From: a virus
Taxonomy: Duplodnaviria; Caudoviricetes
DNA length: 29,437 nucleotides
Virus record (IMG/VR): IMGVR_UViG_3300017754_000884
Coordinates: 1-29,437 of that record
Strand: one strand, 5' to 3'
A program made the position numbers and the translations under genes. Shown here piece after piece: positions 9,845 through 19,187 of this stretch. Under the pieces are notes generated by a model, which made no database searches, was not told the DNA's origin, and worked only from the letters and a program-made list of their open reading frames with translations. Position 1 is the first letter of the stretch. Each line of letters opens with the position of its first letter.

Positions 9845-9846
9845 GT

Positions 9847-10455
9847 ATGACTACTAATGATGAATTTAAAGATTACCAAGACAAATCATATCTAAGCGAT
9901 GAAGACCCAGAATTTAATGAAAAGGCACATCGTTGGGACTCAGGTGGATTGGTCACTGAAGACAACGGCATTGCTGATCGTTTGTTGCAAAATGACAAGT
10001 TATACAATGCATTGAAAGGTGATTGGTCAAGAACTGATACCAATCTCAGCAAAAACATTGTGACCACTACAGGTCGTCAAAACGGCAAAATGTATCTAAG
10101 CCGCGAACAACTAAATGTGCCTGCCATTATGAAACATTGTGCTGAATATCGCAAGATGGCAGAAAATGGTTTTATGGATCCCCTGGCACCAATCATGCCA
10201 GATGGCAAGTTGGGCCACAAATGGATGGAACTGCCAGAAGTCATTGCATTTGAAATTTGCAACAAATACTTTGGTGGCATGCCTTGGGCCGCTATCAAAC
10301 GTGATCGCACACTAAAAGCACAATTTTACAAAGTGGTAGAACGGGAATACAATGCCTTTGTCTGCTATCCAGGCGGCAAATTGCCTATTCCCATTGAAGT
10401 ACCATATCCTAACCCCATGGGGTCAGAGAAATTCTTTAAAGGCCATACAGTATGA
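9847..10455 (+). CDS. conserved post-capsid hypothetical protein (202 aa)
   Basis: Track start at 9799 crosses the terminator, so ATG 9847 is preferred; lies between capsid and adaptor genes. Confidence 0.75.
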   Translation: MTTNDEFKDYQDKSYLSDEDPEFNEKAHRWDSGGLVTEDNGIADRLLQNDKLYNALKGDWSRTDTNLSKNIVTTTGRQNGKMYLSREQLNVPAIMKHCAEYRKMAENGFMDPLAPIMPDGKLGHKWMELPEVIAFEICNKYFGGMPWAAIKRDRTLKAQFYKVVEREYNAFVCYPGGKLPIPIEVPYPNPMGSEKFFKGHTV

Positions 10456-11174
10456 GCACACAAATTGCTAATGCCACTGCGTTAGTAGAATATGTAAAAG
10501 CATTTACAGGTTCAACCAACTCTGATGAAATTAAACAATGTATCTTTTTGACAGAAATGATGATGCGTAACATTGAGTTACCAGCACTTCGCACAGACCC
10601 ATACGCAACCTATGGTTATGCTGATTCAAATGGCTTTGTTCCAATTCCCCCAGACATGAACAGACCTATTTTGTTTTTTAACCAAGGTTATAATCAAAGC
10701 AATGGTGCAGGTCCTTGGATTGTGTATGACCGTATTGGTGATCGCGACATGATTGGCGATCAGATGATTGAAAATTTGTATTTGAAACCATTGAACATTC
10801 CGCAGGTGTATCGTGGCAAGTTCAGTGAGGTAGGACAAAACTATGAGTTCCTGCCTGGCCTGGCTGAAGGTGCAGTTATCAACATGTATTATTTTACCAC
10901 TTATCCAGAACTGTTTAGTTTAGACACCGCTGGAAATCCAATTGAGAACAACGTGGTACTACAAAGTTTTCCTGAAGGTTATGTGTATGGAACTTTACAT
11001 AACTACTATCTAAAACGCAAAATGGCTGATGATGCCAACGGCTGGTTAGCCAAGTATAATCTTGCTTACGATACTGTTGAAGATCAAAACAACAAAGGTA
11101 AATGGTCTGGTGGCCATACCCGTTTGACTTCAATATTCCAACCACGTAAAGATAGACGCTACACAGCAAGATAA
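10452..11174 (+). CDS. head-tail adaptor protein
   Basis: ATGA overlap; N-terminal helices plus NVVLQSFPEGYVYGTL, matching the N-x-L-x-x-x-P-x-x-Y-x-Y-G-x-L pattern of podophage adaptors; position. Confidence 0.7.
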   Translation: MSTQIANATALVEYVKAFTGSTNSDEIKQCIFLTEMMMRNIELPALRTDPYATYGYADSNGFVPIPPDMNRPILFFNQGYNQSNGAGPWIVYDRIGDRDMIGDQMIENLYLKPLNIPQVYRGKFSEVGQNYEFLPGLAEGAVINMYYFTTYPELFSLDTAGNPIENNVVLQSFPEGYVYGTLHNYYLKRKMADDANGWLAKYNLAYDTVEDQNNKGKWSGGHTRLTSIFQPRKDRRYTAR

Positions 11175-11188
11175 TTAAGGATTAGCAA

Positions 11189-14100
11189 ATGCCAGGTTTA
11201 TATGGATCAAGCGGTAACGTAACCGTTAACAGCAGTAATACCACAGGTTTGTACGCCATTGCCAACACTGGCAATGTTGTAACGGGCAATGTTTCGTCAG
11301 TCAACACAACTGGTCTTTATGGTCTTGCTAGTAATGTTTTTGTTCCAAGTTCAGCACAACAGTTATTCAACCTATTAAGCAACAATGGCACAGTTATATT
11401 TGCCCTAGATCCTGCCTATGCCAATCAACGAGTAGAAGCATTTGCTTCAGGTGGCAGTTCTGGCAATTTGATTATCAATCTGGTTGGTGATGTCACTGGA
11501 TTTGGATCAACAGGTGCAGCATTAGTTACAACCTTGAGCAACACAGGTGTTGTCAGTGGCACCTATGGCAACTCTGCCTATTGGCCCACATTTACAGTAG
11601 CAGCCAATGGCCGTATCATGTCATCATCTACCAATGGCAATCTTGCCAGTTATTTGTCTGGCAATGTGACCGTTGGTAATCTTACCGTAAATGGAAATAC
11701 CAGAAGCAATAGTGTAATTATAACCACGGGTATTTTCTATGCCAATGGCACACCATTTGTTTCCAGCAGTTATGGCAATGCCAACGTAGCAGCATTCCTG
11801 CCCACATACGGTGGCAATATCACAGCCAACAACGTAACTGTCACAGGCAATTTAAGTGTTACTGGTAATGTATTGGTAACTGGTAATACATTTTATACCA
11901 ACGTCAACACCATTGTGACCACTACCATTGTAGCAAATTCAACCACAGACAGCACCAGCACATCAACAGGTGCCATTATTTCTTTTGGTGGTCTAGGTGT
12001 TGCAGCCAATATCTATGCCAACAAGATAAACAGCACCACAGGATTCTTTTACGCAGGCAATGGACAACCCTATTATGGCAACGCTACAGTAGCGGCTTAC
12101 CTGCCTGTTAATCCAACTTGGACAGGTTACCTGACATTTGCCAACGCCAATGCGGCCACACAGGCCACCAGCATTAACACTATTAATGCCAATCTGGGTG
12201 CATATCAAACCTATGCTAACACACAGATTAGCACAATCAATGCCAACCTTGGTGCATATCAGATCTATGCCAATGCCAACGCGGCCAGTCAACAAACACA
12301 AATTAACACATTACAAACACAAGTGTATGCCAATAGTAATGTGGCGGCTTACTTGCTGGGCAACACCAGACAAGGTAACATCCAAGCCAACACAGTTAAT
12401 CTTGGACCATTTGGAAACTTTTTAGGTAATCCCAACTACAGCGGTCGTTTAAACATACAAGGTGGCACAGGTTCATTTGGTTATGGTGCCAACCTGACCT
12501 TGACCAGCAATCTTGGAGCAGACAGTGAAGGATATGCCTATACCACCATTGGTAGTACAGTAAACAATCTTGGTGGCAGCCAACCATTTGCCACTGGCAC
12601 ACCAGCACAGACCATATTAACTGGTAACATATTGGTGCCACGAACTGCTTGGATTGGCAATGCTTGGCAACCCAATAATCGCTTGTTGAATGCCACAACT
12701 CCTCAAGCGGCCTTGTTTGAAGGTAATGTGTCATTTAATTTTGATTGGTCCAACAAAAATCCCAACAGCACAGTTCAACGAGTAGTTTTTTATAATCCAG
12801 TTACAGTAGCTGGATTCAACAGTAACTTAAATGTGTCAGGTGGTGCCAACGTTGTGATTGGTGATGGACTCAATGGCGGCAACATCACTGTGGCCGCAGG
12901 TGGTTACTATCTTGGTGATGGTAGCAAATTAACAGGCATTGTTAGCACATACGGCAACACACAAGTGGCTGCTTACTTGCCAACCTACACAGGCAATCTA
13001 AGTCCTAGTAATCTGTTTACCAACAACATAAGATTTGCCAACGGTCAACCTTACAACTTTGGCAGCACCTACAGCAATGCCAACGTGGCTGCTTATTTGA
13101 TAACCAACACAGGTAATATTGCGGCAGGCAACATATTCAGCAACAATTATTTGTATGCCAATGGCGTATCAATATTGACAGGCATTGGTGGCACCTATAG
13201 CAACGTCAACGTGGCGGCCTACATACCAACTGATCCAACCATAACAGGCATACAGGCCAATGTTGGTGTATTGTATCTTGGAAATCTTAGTACAAACGCT
13301 AATTTAGGTGCATTTGAAACCTATGCCAACTTGACATTTAGCACGGTGGCCAATGCGGCAAGTCAACAAACACAGATAGATACCAATACTACAGGGCTGT
13401 CTACACTAAACGCAAACGTTGGTGCGTATCAGACCTATGCCAATGCCAATGCGGCTACGCAAGCAACCAGTATCAACACTATCAATGCCAATCTTGGTGC
13501 GTATCAGACATTTGCCAACACTAATTTTGCCAGTGCGGGTTGCGTTGCAGTAATATCAACAAAACTCAATAACCTTGATGCCAACGTTGGTGCTTACGAA
13601 ACCTATGCCAACGTTACGTTTAGTAATTTTGCCAATTATGCCAACGTTACGTTTAGTACTGTGACCAATGCCGCAAGTCAACAAACTCAAATTAATTCGC
13701 TGTCATCAGGTTTGACACTTGCTAATACTGCAATAGATACTATAAATGCCAATCTTGGTGCATTTGAAACATACGCCAACACAACATTTGCAACCACTGG
13801 CGGTCTTTACAGCAATGCCAACGTGGCAGCCTATCTGCCAGTGTATAGCGGAGATGCATTATTTGCAAATGCAAACGTTACTGAACAACTTTCTGTTTCA
13901 ATAAGCAACCAAAACAAAATACGTACCTGGGGTATAGAGTATCCATCATCTCCAAGTCAAAATTATATTCAATTTGCAGACGTTGGTCCATCATCAGGTT
14001 TTATACGTTTGCGTAGTGCACAAACTATTAGTTTAATCGCCGTAGTAGCCAATGATATTTGGGGATTAGTTGAAACACGAATGACCAGTGGTACAGGTGG

Positions 14101-17100
14101 TGTTTACAATACAGTATTTGAACTAGATAGCAATGGTGAACCACGTCAAACAGTATATGGAAACATTCAACAACTTAATTCTTCTAGAACCTATGCTAAT
14201 TTAGCCAATGTTATTACTTCCAAAGGTATTTTTTGGTCCAACGGTGTAAATTACTCCAGCACCATTACTGGCACCTACGGCAACACACAGGTGGCTGCTT
14301 ACCTGCCAACTGATCCAACGTTTACTGGATACTTGACATTTGCCAATGCCAACGCGGCCTCGCAGGCCACAAGTATCAACTCAATCAATGCCAATCTGGG
14401 TGCATATCAAACTTATGCCAATGTTACATTCAGTACCGTTGCCAATGCGGCAAGTCAGCAAACACAAATAGATACCAACACCACAGGGCTGTCAACATTA
14501 AACGCAAACGTTGGTGCATATCAGACCTATGCTAACACAAGCATACAAACAATCAATGCCAATCTTGGTGCATACCAGACCTATGCTAACACAAGCATAC
14601 AAACAATCAATGCCAATCTTGGTGCATATCAGACCTATGCTAACACAAGCATACAAACAATCAATGCCAACTTAGGTGCTTATCAAACTTACGGCAACCT
14701 AACTTTTAGCACACAGGCCAATGCGGCCAGTCAACAAACAAGTATTAATAGCATCAATGCTAACTTGGGTGCATTTGAAACCTATGCTAATTTAACCTTT
14801 GGACCAAGCAGTTATGGCAATGCCAATGTGGCGGCCTATTTGCCAACTTACACAGGTGTATTACAAGGTACACAGTTAAGAAGTCCATCTGTTGATGATT
14901 TAGATATTACTGCTGGTCTTGGTGGCGATGTTAATATCACAGCAGGTTCAGGCGGTGGCAGTATATACGTAACCACACCTGAAGGTGAGATTGTTTTAGA
15001 TACCACTCCAGGCCTTAGTACCTATGGCATTGTTTTAAAATCTGATGTACTGATTAGCCTACTTGCACCCAATGTTAATACCAATGGTCAATTTACCAGC
15101 ACAGGTGGTTATTTCTGGGCCAACGGCACAGCATATTCAACTGGTGCTGGTTCATATGGCAACGCCAATGTGGCTGCCTACTTGCCAACCTACACAGGCA
15201 ATTTATCAGCAGGCAACATTACCACAACAGGCAATACTCAAAGTGCTTACTTCTTGGGTAGTGCGGCCAAACTTACCAGTCTAACTGGTGTGTCAGCAGG
15301 TACCTATGGTAATGACACCACTATACCAACCATTGTGGTAGATGCCACAGGTCGTATCACACAGATCACAACCAATGCCATATCAGGTGGTGGCAGTTAT
15401 GGCAACTCAAATGTGGCCGCTTACCTGGCAGGTACCATCTCAGTTGGCAACGTACTTAGCACATCAGGTTATTTCTGGGCCAACGGCACAGCATACTCAA
15501 CTGGTGGCGGTAGCACGTATGGCAACACAGAAGTTGCTGCCTATTTGCCTACCTACACAGGTAGCCTGGCCAATAGCAGCACAATACAAACAATCAATGC
15601 AAACCTTGGTGCATACCAAACCTATGCCAATGTTACATTTAGCACACAAGCCAATGCGGCAAGCCAACAAACACAGATAGATACTAACACTACAGGCATT
15701 GCCACACTAAATGCCAATTTAGGTGCATACCAAACTTATGGTAATGTAACATTTAGTACACAAGCCAATGCGGCAAGTCAACAAACACAAATTGACACCA
15801 ACACCACAGGCATTGCCACATTAAACGCAAACCTTGGTGCATACCAAACTTATGCCAATGTTACATTTAGCACCATTGCCAATGCCGCAAGTCAGCAAAC
15901 ACAGATTGATGGTATCCTAAATGGCACAACCACCCTGGCCAATGTCAAATCCACAGGTGGTTATTTCTGGGCCAATGGCACACCTTACGCAACTGGTGGC
16001 GGCGGCACATATGGCAACACTGAAGTTGCTGCCTATTTGTTGACCAACACAGGCAACATTGCGGCTGGCAACATTGAGGTTGCTACAAAAACACAAACTG
16101 GAACAGTATACATCACCAATGGTGTGTTCTGGACTGGCAACGGTGCCGCATATAGCACAGGTGGTGCTGGTCCAGCAGGTCCAGCGTTCTCTGGCAATTT
16201 GGCAGGCAATGTGCTGTATGACAGCATTAACGAACGTATCCTTGCCAATGCTTTCCCATTAAGCACAGGTCAAACCACAATACCAAACAATCAAACCAGC
16301 AAGTTGTTTGTAAATGAACCTAACTATATCTCAGGTGTTCTACAACAACCACCCCTGGCCAATGCTACACCTGGTGGCACTGGCATAGTCAGCACTAGTA
16401 GTCAGACCATCAGTTTGATATCCAGTGCCAACGTGGGCCTACAATCAGGCTACAGTTTTGGCAGTCAGAATAGAGATACCATAGGAAGCACATTTGGTCT
16501 CACCGTGACACCAGTCACAGCCAACTCAATGAGTGCCAACGATCGTATTCGTGGTGCCTTGGGTAGCCTGGACATAGTAATGTCAGGACAGACCTGGGGT
16601 GTAATGAGCACCTCAGGACAGAATCAAAACGTGGTCAGTGCCATTAATGGAGCCAGCAACTTTAACGGTTCAGGTAGTTTGTCCAGCATAGTGGGCGGAA
16701 CTTATGGCTCATTCATTACTCCAAGTGCAGGCAACAACGCCAACATACAATATTCTACAGGTATACTGGGTTTCACAAATCTTTTAAGCACCGCTGGTGC
16801 CACAGCCAAGGCCAATATAGTTTATGCCAGATTGGTTGCTGGATTTATATCAGGATTCAGTAGTAATCTTACAGTACAGAATGCCATTGGCCTGCACACC
16901 TATTCAGGTTGGGCTGGTACAGGCACAGTGGGAAGTGCAAACAATCCAATCACTGGACGTTGGGCCCTGTTAAACGAAGATCAGAATACCACAATTCAAA
17001 CCAATGGTAATGTATTTTTAGGCAATGGCACTTCAGGTTATGGATCAACATTGTTTGTAAACAGTAGATTTGCCAACATTGCCAGCACCACAACTTTCAC

Positions 17101-17533
17101 AGGCACCACAAACTTTACAGGCACCACAAACATTACAGGCACACTTGCAGGTGTTGTCAACAAAGGCAATACTGCGTATGCCGCAGGATTTGGCACTAGC
17201 GTTACAGTATCTGGCCTAGGTTTACAAGCCACTTTGACCAACAGCAACATAGCCCAGATTGGACCTGTGTCAGGTTCAATAACCTATAGTGCCACTACCA
17301 CAGAAATTATTGGTGGCACACAAACTGTTCGCAATGTGGTTGGAAACACCATGTCAGGATTCCAAAGCATTACTCCAACCAATGCTGGTCTAGACAGCCT
17401 GGGCGATAACTTGGTAGCCATAGTATCAGATCAGACCAATGGTGTGGTATATCGTATTACCTATGTGAAAACAAGCATTGCTGGAGGTGCAGGTAGTCCG
17501 TTTGGTGGTGTCACAATAGAACGACTAATTTAA
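11189..17533 (+). CDS. giant repeat-rich tail fibre / adhesin-like protein (2114 aa)
   Basis: About 16 AN[LV]GA[YF][QE]TYAN and 13 Y[GSA]NxxVAA[YF][LI] repeats; two TGVxxGTYGN...T[FI]xVxxxGRI fibre motifs; position in tail module. Confidence 0.82.
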   Translation: MPGLYGSSGNVTVNSSNTTGLYAIANTGNVVTGNVSSVNTTGLYGLASNVFVPSSAQQLFNLLSNNGTVIFALDPAYANQRVEAFASGGSSGNLIINLVGDVTGFGSTGAALVTTLSNTGVVSGTYGNSAYWPTFTVAANGRIMSSSTNGNLASYLSGNVTVGNLTVNGNTRSNSVIITTGIFYANGTPFVSSSYGNANVAAFLPTYGGNITANNVTVTGNLSVTGNVLVTGNTFYTNVNTIVTTTIVANSTTDSTSTSTGAIISFGGLGVAANIYANKINSTTGFFYAGNGQPYYGNATVAAYLPVNPTWTGYLTFANANAATQATSINTINANLGAYQTYANTQISTINANLGAYQIYANANAASQQTQINTLQTQVYANSNVAAYLLGNTRQGNIQANTVNLGPFGNFLGNPNYSGRLNIQGGTGSFGYGANLTLTSNLGADSEGYAYTTIGSTVNNLGGSQPFATGTPAQTILTGNILVPRTAWIGNAWQPNNRLLNATTPQAALFEGNVSFNFDWSNKNPNSTVQRVVFYNPVTVAGFNSNLNVSGGANVVIGDGLNGGNITVAAGGYYLGDGSKLTGIVSTYGNTQVAAYLPTYTGNLSPSNLFTNNIRFANGQPYNFGSTYSNANVAAYLITNTGNIAAGNIFSNNYLYANGVSILTGIGGTYSNVNVAAYIPTDPTITGIQANVGVLYLGNLSTNANLGAFETYANLTFSTVANAASQQTQIDTNTTGLSTLNANVGAYQTYANANAATQATSINTINANLGAYQTFANTNFASAGCVAVISTKLNNLDANVGAYETYANVTFSNFANYANVTFSTVTNAASQQTQINSLSSGLTLANTAIDTINANLGAFETYANTTFATTGGLYSNANVAAYLPVYSGDALFANANVTEQLSVSISNQNKIRTWGIEYPSSPSQNYIQFADVGPSSGFIRLRSAQTISLIAVVANDIWGLVETRMTSGTGGVYNTVFELDSNGEPRQTVYGNIQQLNSSRTYANLANVITSKGIFWSNGVNYSSTITGTYGNTQVAAYLPTDPTFTGYLTFANANAASQATSINSINANLGAYQTYANVTFSTVANAASQQTQIDTNTTGLSTLNANVGAYQTYANTSIQTINANLGAYQTYANTSIQTINANLGAYQTYANTSIQTINANLGAYQTYGNLTFSTQANAASQQTSINSINANLGAFETYANLTFGPSSYGNANVAAYLPTYTGVLQGTQLRSPSVDDLDITAGLGGDVNITAGSGGGSIYVTTPEGEIVLDTTPGLSTYGIVLKSDVLISLLAPNVNTNGQFTSTGGYFWANGTAYSTGAGSYGNANVAAYLPTYTGNLSAGNITTTGNTQSAYFLGSAAKLTSLTGVSAGTYGNDTTIPTIVVDATGRITQITTNAISGGGSYGNSNVAAYLAGTISVGNVLSTSGYFWANGTAYSTGGGSTYGNTEVAAYLPTYTGSLANSSTIQTINANLGAYQTYANVTFSTQANAASQQTQIDTNTTGIATLNANLGAYQTYGNVTFSTQANAASQQTQIDTNTTGIATLNANLGAYQTYANVTFSTIANAASQQTQIDGILNGTTTLANVKSTGGYFWANGTPYATGGGGTYGNTEVAAYLLTNTGNIAAGNIEVATKTQTGTVYITNGVFWTGNGAAYSTGGAGPAGPAFSGNLAGNVLYDSINERILANAFPLSTGQTTIPNNQTSKLFVNEPNYISGVLQQPPLANATPGGTGIVSTSSQTISLISSANVGLQSGYSFGSQNRDTIGSTFGLTVTPVTANSMSANDRIRGALGSLDIVMSGQTWGVMSTSGQNQNVVSAINGASNFNGSGSLSSIVGGTYGSFITPSAGNNANIQYSTGILGFTNLLSTAGATAKANIVYARLVAGFISGFSSNLTVQNAIGLHTYSGWAGTGTVGSANNPITGRWALLNEDQNTTIQTNGNVFLGNGTSGYGSTLFVNSRFANIASTTTFTGTTNFTGTTNITGTLAGVVNKGNTAYAAGFGTSVTVSGLGLQATLTNSNIAQIGPVSGSITYSATTTEIIGGTQTVRNVVGNTMSGFQSITPTNAGLDSLGDNLVAIVSDQTNGVVYRITYVKTSIAGGAGSPFGGVTIERLI
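14522..14670 (+). repeat. 54-nt coding tandem repeat, about 3 copies (QTYANTSIQTINANLGAY)
   Basis: Near-identical units start at 14522, 14576 and 14630. Confidence 0.92.
15596..15910 (+). repeat. 114-nt (38-aa) coding tandem repeat, about 2.7 copies
   Basis: GGTGCATACCAAAC recurs at 15608, 15722 and 15836; units differ mostly at synonymous sites. Confidence 0.85.
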
Positions 17534-17546
17534 GGAACACAGCACA

Positions 17547-19187
17547 ATGCCAATGCAACAAGTTAAAACGCCGTTTACCAATATGAGTTTCACACCAGAC
17601 GTGCCAAGCAGCAGTCTACAAGCCAATGAATACAATTTTGGTGGCAATGTGGAAACTGATGTACGCAGTATCAAAAGTGTAGCAGGCGATCAATACATTT
17701 TAGCAGGCATTCCAGGCAATGTGATTTTTGTCACATCAGGTTTTGACATCAATGGTGTATATTGGTTTATTGTGGCCACAGTACAGGGTCGTTGGTATGC
17801 TGTCAACACCAGTGGTTATACAGATATTACTCCCCCATACGGCACATTCACAGGCTACAGCGTGGACACAGTGATCACTGCCAGTTGGAATGGCAGCGTG
17901 GTATTCTTGAACGATCAAATCAATCCACCCATGTATTATGAACCAGGTGTGTATGACTACATTAGGTTGTATGACAATCCACCAGACAACTATGACTGGA
18001 ACTATGATGTGGGCTTTGACATTGCTGGCAATGTGGTTCCATTATATTCAAGTTTGACCTGCGGATTTGTTCGTGTGTACAACAGTCCTAATTTAGGATC
18101 ATTGTTGGTTGCTGGCAACCTAACAGGCGAAATCAATGCCAACGTGGTACCCAGCGGTGGCACCACACAATACTTGCCAACCAGTGTGCGTTGGAGTCAA
18201 AACTTTGGTATCAATTCAGGACCAACCACTTGGGCACCCACACAGAACAACGTGGCCAACCAGGTTGAAATGCCTGTGCGTGGTCCTATCACAGATGGCT
18301 TCCCACTGAATGGTAACTTCTATATCTGCAGTTATTGGGACACTTGTGTAATGAGCCCTATTGCTTACCAAAGTAGCACAGCACCTGTGTTTGGTATTAA
18401 GTTGGTAAATCAAGGCCGTGGCATGCTGAATGAAAATTGCTGGGTCACTGTGGACAATACTGTGTTTGGTCTAGACGCCAGAGACATATGGCAGTTTGAT
18501 GGCGGCAACTTCAAAGCCATTGGTAATCAACGTGTAAAAGAATATTTCTATAACAATTTAAACAGTAGTTATACAAATCAAATTTTTATGGTGCACAACT
18601 CAAGCAAGTATCAGATTGAAATATACTATCCAGATCTAACATCAACTGGACGTTGCAATCAAATGCTGAGTTATCGTTATGACTTGGATGTATGGCAACC
18701 ACCACGTAGTGTTAGCTTGGCCACACAGGCCACAGAAGCACCAACCTTTGTGGCCAACGTGCCCAATCTGGCCACACGTACTGTGATCTATTCAACCTAC
18801 GCCACTGACAGCGTGGGCAACGCACATCTGGTACAGAAAGATACGGGTACCAGTTTTTTAGGCAATGCCATCACCAGCCTGTTCCAACGCAACAACATCA
18901 GTTATGGTCAACCTTATAGTGCCAGTGTGTTGGTACATCGTATGTTGCCAGAAATTTATGGCACAGGCAACGTAGACATCACCATTGGTGGTGCCAACAG
19001 CGTGGATTCCACACCCACATTCAAACCTGTAGAGACCATGCCCATTGACACCAATGATCCTTGGGTGCAGATTGATCAAAATGAATTCCGTGTGATCACA
19101 ATGAAAGTTGGTACAACCAGTTCAACAGACTCATGGCAGTTGAGTGCTGCCAATTGGCAAGTCACAGTGGTACAGGACACTCGTTAA
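17547..19187 (+). CDS. tail nozzle / DNA stabilisation protein (P22 gp10-like beta-propeller)
   Basis: 546 aa, beta-rich and aromatic; VRWSQ motif, IWQFDGG, EIYYP, YRYDLDVW; position after adaptor and fibre. Confidence 0.7.
   Translation: MPMQQVKTPFTNMSFTPDVPSSSLQANEYNFGGNVETDVRSIKSVAGDQYILAGIPGNVIFVTSGFDINGVYWFIVATVQGRWYAVNTSGYTDITPPYGTFTGYSVDTVITASWNGSVVFLNDQINPPMYYEPGVYDYIRLYDNPPDNYDWNYDVGFDIAGNVVPLYSSLTCGFVRVYNSPNLGSLLVAGNLTGEINANVVPSGGTTQYLPTSVRWSQNFGINSGPTTWAPTQNNVANQVEMPVRGPITDGFPLNGNFYICSYWDTCVMSPIAYQSSTAPVFGIKLVNQGRGMLNENCWVTVDNTVFGLDARDIWQFDGGNFKAIGNQRVKEYFYNNLNSSYTNQIFMVHNSSKYQIEIYYPDLTSTGRCNQMLSYRYDLDVWQPPRSVSLATQATEAPTFVANVPNLATRTVIYSTYATDSVGNAHLVQKDTGTSFLGNAITSLFQRNNISYGQPYSASVLVHRMLPEIYGTGNVDITIGGANSVDSTPTFKPVETMPIDTNDPWVQIDQNEFRVITMKVGTTSSTDSWQLSAANWQVTVVQDTR

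Noticed and set aside
9799-9846. Upstream start for the post-capsid gene (likewise track starts 773, 1858, 2100, 19133, 20742, 26095)
   Set aside because: These extensions run through the terminator or the upstream gene; downstream ATGs at 9847, 788, 1870, 2151, 19187, 20766 and 26110 fit coupling or RBS evidence
14522-15910. Regularly spaced DNA repeats resembling a CRISPR array
   Set aside because: In-frame coding repeats with synonymous variation, no unique spacers and no cas genes
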